Shown piece by piece: positions 62,187-64,000 of a stretch of DNA of 64,000 nt (position 1 is the first letter of the stretch; each line of letters starts with the position of its first letter). Both the position numbers and the translations under genes were made by a program. The notes beneath the pieces were generated by a model. The model worked only from the letters and a program-made list of their open reading frames with translations. It did no database searches and was not told where the DNA came from. Source of the DNA: Nanobdellota archaeon (GTDB lineage: Archaea > Nanobdellota > Nanobdellia > Parvarchaeales > Parvarchaeaceae); NCBI GenBank assembly GCA_021811735.1, contig JAJZNK010000052.1, forward strand, positions 5,803 to 69,802, written 5' to 3'.

Positions 62187-63319
62187 TTGTGATTGTAGAC
62201 GGATAAAAGCCTGTCGACGGTTCTTTTGATGTCAAACTCCCTCAAAATCTTACCAAACCTATAAACTTCTTTTCTTTCGTATACACGATTTACTTTATCA
62301 ACCAAGTCTCTTATGCTGTTCGGGTTGAATGTTTCACCACATTTGGAATACTTTAAAAGTTCCTCCTGCGCCGTTTTTTCTGGCACTAATATCGGTAACC
62401 CATAAAACGCGGCATATAGGTTCACCAATCCCTGTGTTTCAAATGTTGATGGGTTGCATAGAACATCTGCAGCAGCGTAATAATAGGGTATATTCTCATC
62501 CCTAACAAATCCTGTAAACTTTACATTTTTATTTCCAAGCTTCTTATTCAACAACAAAAAGGTCTTTAAAGATGGCCCGCCACCGGCTATTATTACCTTA
62601 AAATCAGTAGCAGAAAGGAGTTTCGCTGATTTAATCAGTAATTCTATGTTCTTTTCTTTGCTTACCCTCCCGAAGTAAAGGATTACTTTGTCGTTATTTT
62701 CAATACCAAGAAACTTCCTAGCAACGTTTTTACTTTTTTGCGTCATAGATTCGAAATCCAATCCAGTTGGGACAACAGTTACGTTCTTAAGTCCGCTACT
62801 ATTAAGCACCTTTTTTACATAATCTGTAGGTGCAATAACTGAATCGGCCTTTGAATAAAACCACTTTAGGTATTTGAGTAAGAAGTATTTACTGATCTTT
62901 ACGACCGCTCTATTCTTGGCAAAATATGAGGATATTGCCTCTTCTGAGAACACCATAGTATGGAACGTTCCTATAAATTTCGTTCCCATAATAGTGCTGT
63001 CCCAGTACCCGAAAAGGCCCGCACTGAAAGGAGTATGTGCATGTATGATATCTGGCGATATTCCAAGGATACGCAAATTTTTTCTGTTTCTTAAACCCAT
63101 CGTATATTGAGGATATTTATTGAACTTTATCCCCTTGATAACAAACAGATGACTATCTTTTTTAGCAAGCATTGCTGTCTTATTTCCACCTGACGCGAAT
63201 ATGTAGACACTATGTCCTCTCTGCTCCAGTTCTTTCCTAGTGTTCACTATAGAGGTGACTACTCCATCTCTAGACGGCAGATAACTGTCTGTGTAAAAAG
63301 CTATTTTGAGAGTTTCCAT
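62183..63319 (-). CDS. Glycosyltransferase, GT4 family (GT-B fold)
   Basis: N-terminal KIAFYTDSYLPSRDGV and a C-terminal GT1 domain (LYFGRVSKEKNIELL...PSTFETQGLVNLYAAFYGLPILV). Confidence 0.88.
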   Translation of the reverse strand: METLKIAFYTDSYLPSRDGVVTSIVNTRKELEQRGHSVYIFASGGNKTAMLAKKDSHLFVIKGIKFNKYPQYTMGLRNRKNLRILGISPDIIHAHTPFSAGLFGYWDSTIMGTKFIGTFHTMVFSEEAISSYFAKNRAVVKISKYFLLKYLKWFYSKADSVIAPTDYVKKVLNSSGLKNVTVVPTGLDFESMTQKSKNVARKFLGIENNDKVILYFGRVSKEKNIELLIKSAKLLSATDFKVIIAGGGPSLKTFLLLNKKLGNKNVKFTGFVRDENIPYYYAAADVLCNPSTFETQGLVNLYAAFYGLPILVPEKTAQEELLKYSKCGETFNPNSIRDLVDKVNRVYERKEVYRFGKILREFDIKRTVDRLLSVYNHN

Positions 63320-64000
63320 TTATTTAATGGACACCCTCGGTTCTTTTTTATTTCCGAATATTTTTTCGAGGTCCTTTAATTCCTTAACGCCTAAGTTCTT
63401 TGGAAGGTCGGGGATTATATTTATTATCAAGTCTCCTCTCTGACCGCTACTGCCATAAAGGCCTTTTCCTTTAAGTATAACTGGCGAAGATTCACCTGCA
63501 CTGATAGTGATGCGTTCACTTCCCCATGGTACGGGTATCTCCAATTTGATACCGTTGAGAATATCTCTTAAATCAAGATAAAGATTCGTTTTTAGGTTTA
63601 TCCCTACTATATTGTAGGTATCATTTTTCTTAATGTGAAAAACGACGTATAAATCACCATTTGACCCGCCAGCGGAAGGTTCTCCCTTTCCATTCAATAT
63701 TGTGTAATCCCCTTCTTTGATTCCTTTGTGTAATGGGATATGCAGTTCTTCTTCCTCGACTACAAACCCTGTGCCGTTGCATTTATCACATCTTTTCTTC
63801 GTGATAAATCCTGTTCCGCCGCATGTACCACAGGCCGTGTTAAAAACGACATTCGAACCGAACTGATGTATGGTTCTCCGTATCTTCCCAGTGCCATGAC
63901 ATTTAGAGCAGGTTTCCCTTTCTTTTGCGCCCGTTCCAGAACAAATGCCACATACGACCCTGTGTCTTATTTTCATCTTTTTTATCGACGGCTTGAATAC
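63320..64000 (-). CDS. dnaJ: Chaperone DnaJ, C-terminal two-thirds (5' end beyond the window)
   Basis: Four CxxCxGxG zinc-finger repeats (CGICSGTG, CSKCHGTG, CGTCGGTG, CDKCNGTG) plus a CTD (GKGEPS..GGSNGDLYVVF). The frame stays open upstream of the track's Met to position 64000. Confidence 0.9.
   Translation of the reverse strand, partial: VFKPSIKKMKIRHRVVCGICSGTGAKERETCSKCHGTGKIRRTIHQFGSNVVFNTACGTCGGTGFITKKRCDKCNGTGFVVEEEELHIPLHKGIKEGDYTILNGKGEPSAGGSNGDLYVVFHIKKNDTYNIVGINLKTNLYLDLRDILNGIKLEIPVPWGSERITISAGESSPVILKGKGLYGSSGQRGDLIINIIPDLPKNLGVKELKDLEKIFGNKKEPRVSIK

Noticed and set aside
1-64000. CRISPR arrays, rRNA genes, IS elements, transposases or integrases.
   Set aside because: Reading all spacers longer than ~100 nt, I found no regularly spaced direct repeats, no rRNA-like GC-rich blocks, and no ORF with DDE, tyrosine-recombinase or serine-recombinase motifs. 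This was a by-eye scan, not an exhaustive computation.

Overview
This is an AT-rich, tightly packed stretch of archaeal chromosome, roughly mid-30s % GC by eye (not computed). The archaeal assignment rests on several features: an exosome/proteasome superoperon, Nop5 and fibrillarin, SRP54, RpoK, an RNase P Pop5 subunit, a class III (prepilin-type) signal peptide, and a tRNA with an intron after position 37. Several membrane-anchored proteins are dense in N-X-S/T sequons. Together with GAPN and a complex-I-like module lacking NuoEFG, this suggests a wall-less acidophile of the Thermoplasmata type. That lineage call is inference only.

Contents, left to right:
- sufB' (partial), sufC and a Cys-bearing HTH regulator
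- nuoABCDHI, stopping after nuoI
- aconitase overlapping an isocitrate/isopropylmalate-type dehydrogenase
- a large pilin-like protein
- apgM, then a PolX / KaiC-like ATPase / ExoIII repair cluster
- tRNA-Arg(TCT) and a Nudix hydrolase
- a minus-strand superoperon: pop5, psmA, SBDS, rrp4, rrp41, FAU-1, rrp42, rpoK, then srp54 and a 43-aa zinc ribbon missing from the ORF track
- GAPN-like ALDH and a YjjX-type NTPase
- tRNA-Arg(GCG), followed by about 6 kb of hypothetical or accessory genes (methyltransferase with a start-codon problem, a compositionally odd patch, an NTase-fold protein, an HExxH peptidase, a Nudix hydrolase)
- transporters, an aldo-keto reductase, an HxlR-type regulator and an orphan di-haem cytochrome b
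- a UvrD-type helicase fused to a PD-(D/E)xK nuclease
- a GlpA-like dehydrogenase, then a short nop5 and fibrillarin
- a four-gene prkA / prkA-like / yeaH(vWA) / spoVR operon
- hisS, an ABC-2 exporter and an intron-containing tRNA-Asp(GTC)
- a dnaJ' (partial) / GT4 / surface-protein unit

I saw no CRISPR array, rRNA, transposase or integrase. The best candidate for an uncharacterised system is the duplicated-PrkA AAA+ / vWA / SpoVR operon. Secondary candidates are the helicase-nuclease fusion, the PolX/KaiC-like/ExoIII cluster, and FAU-1 embedded in the exosome operon.
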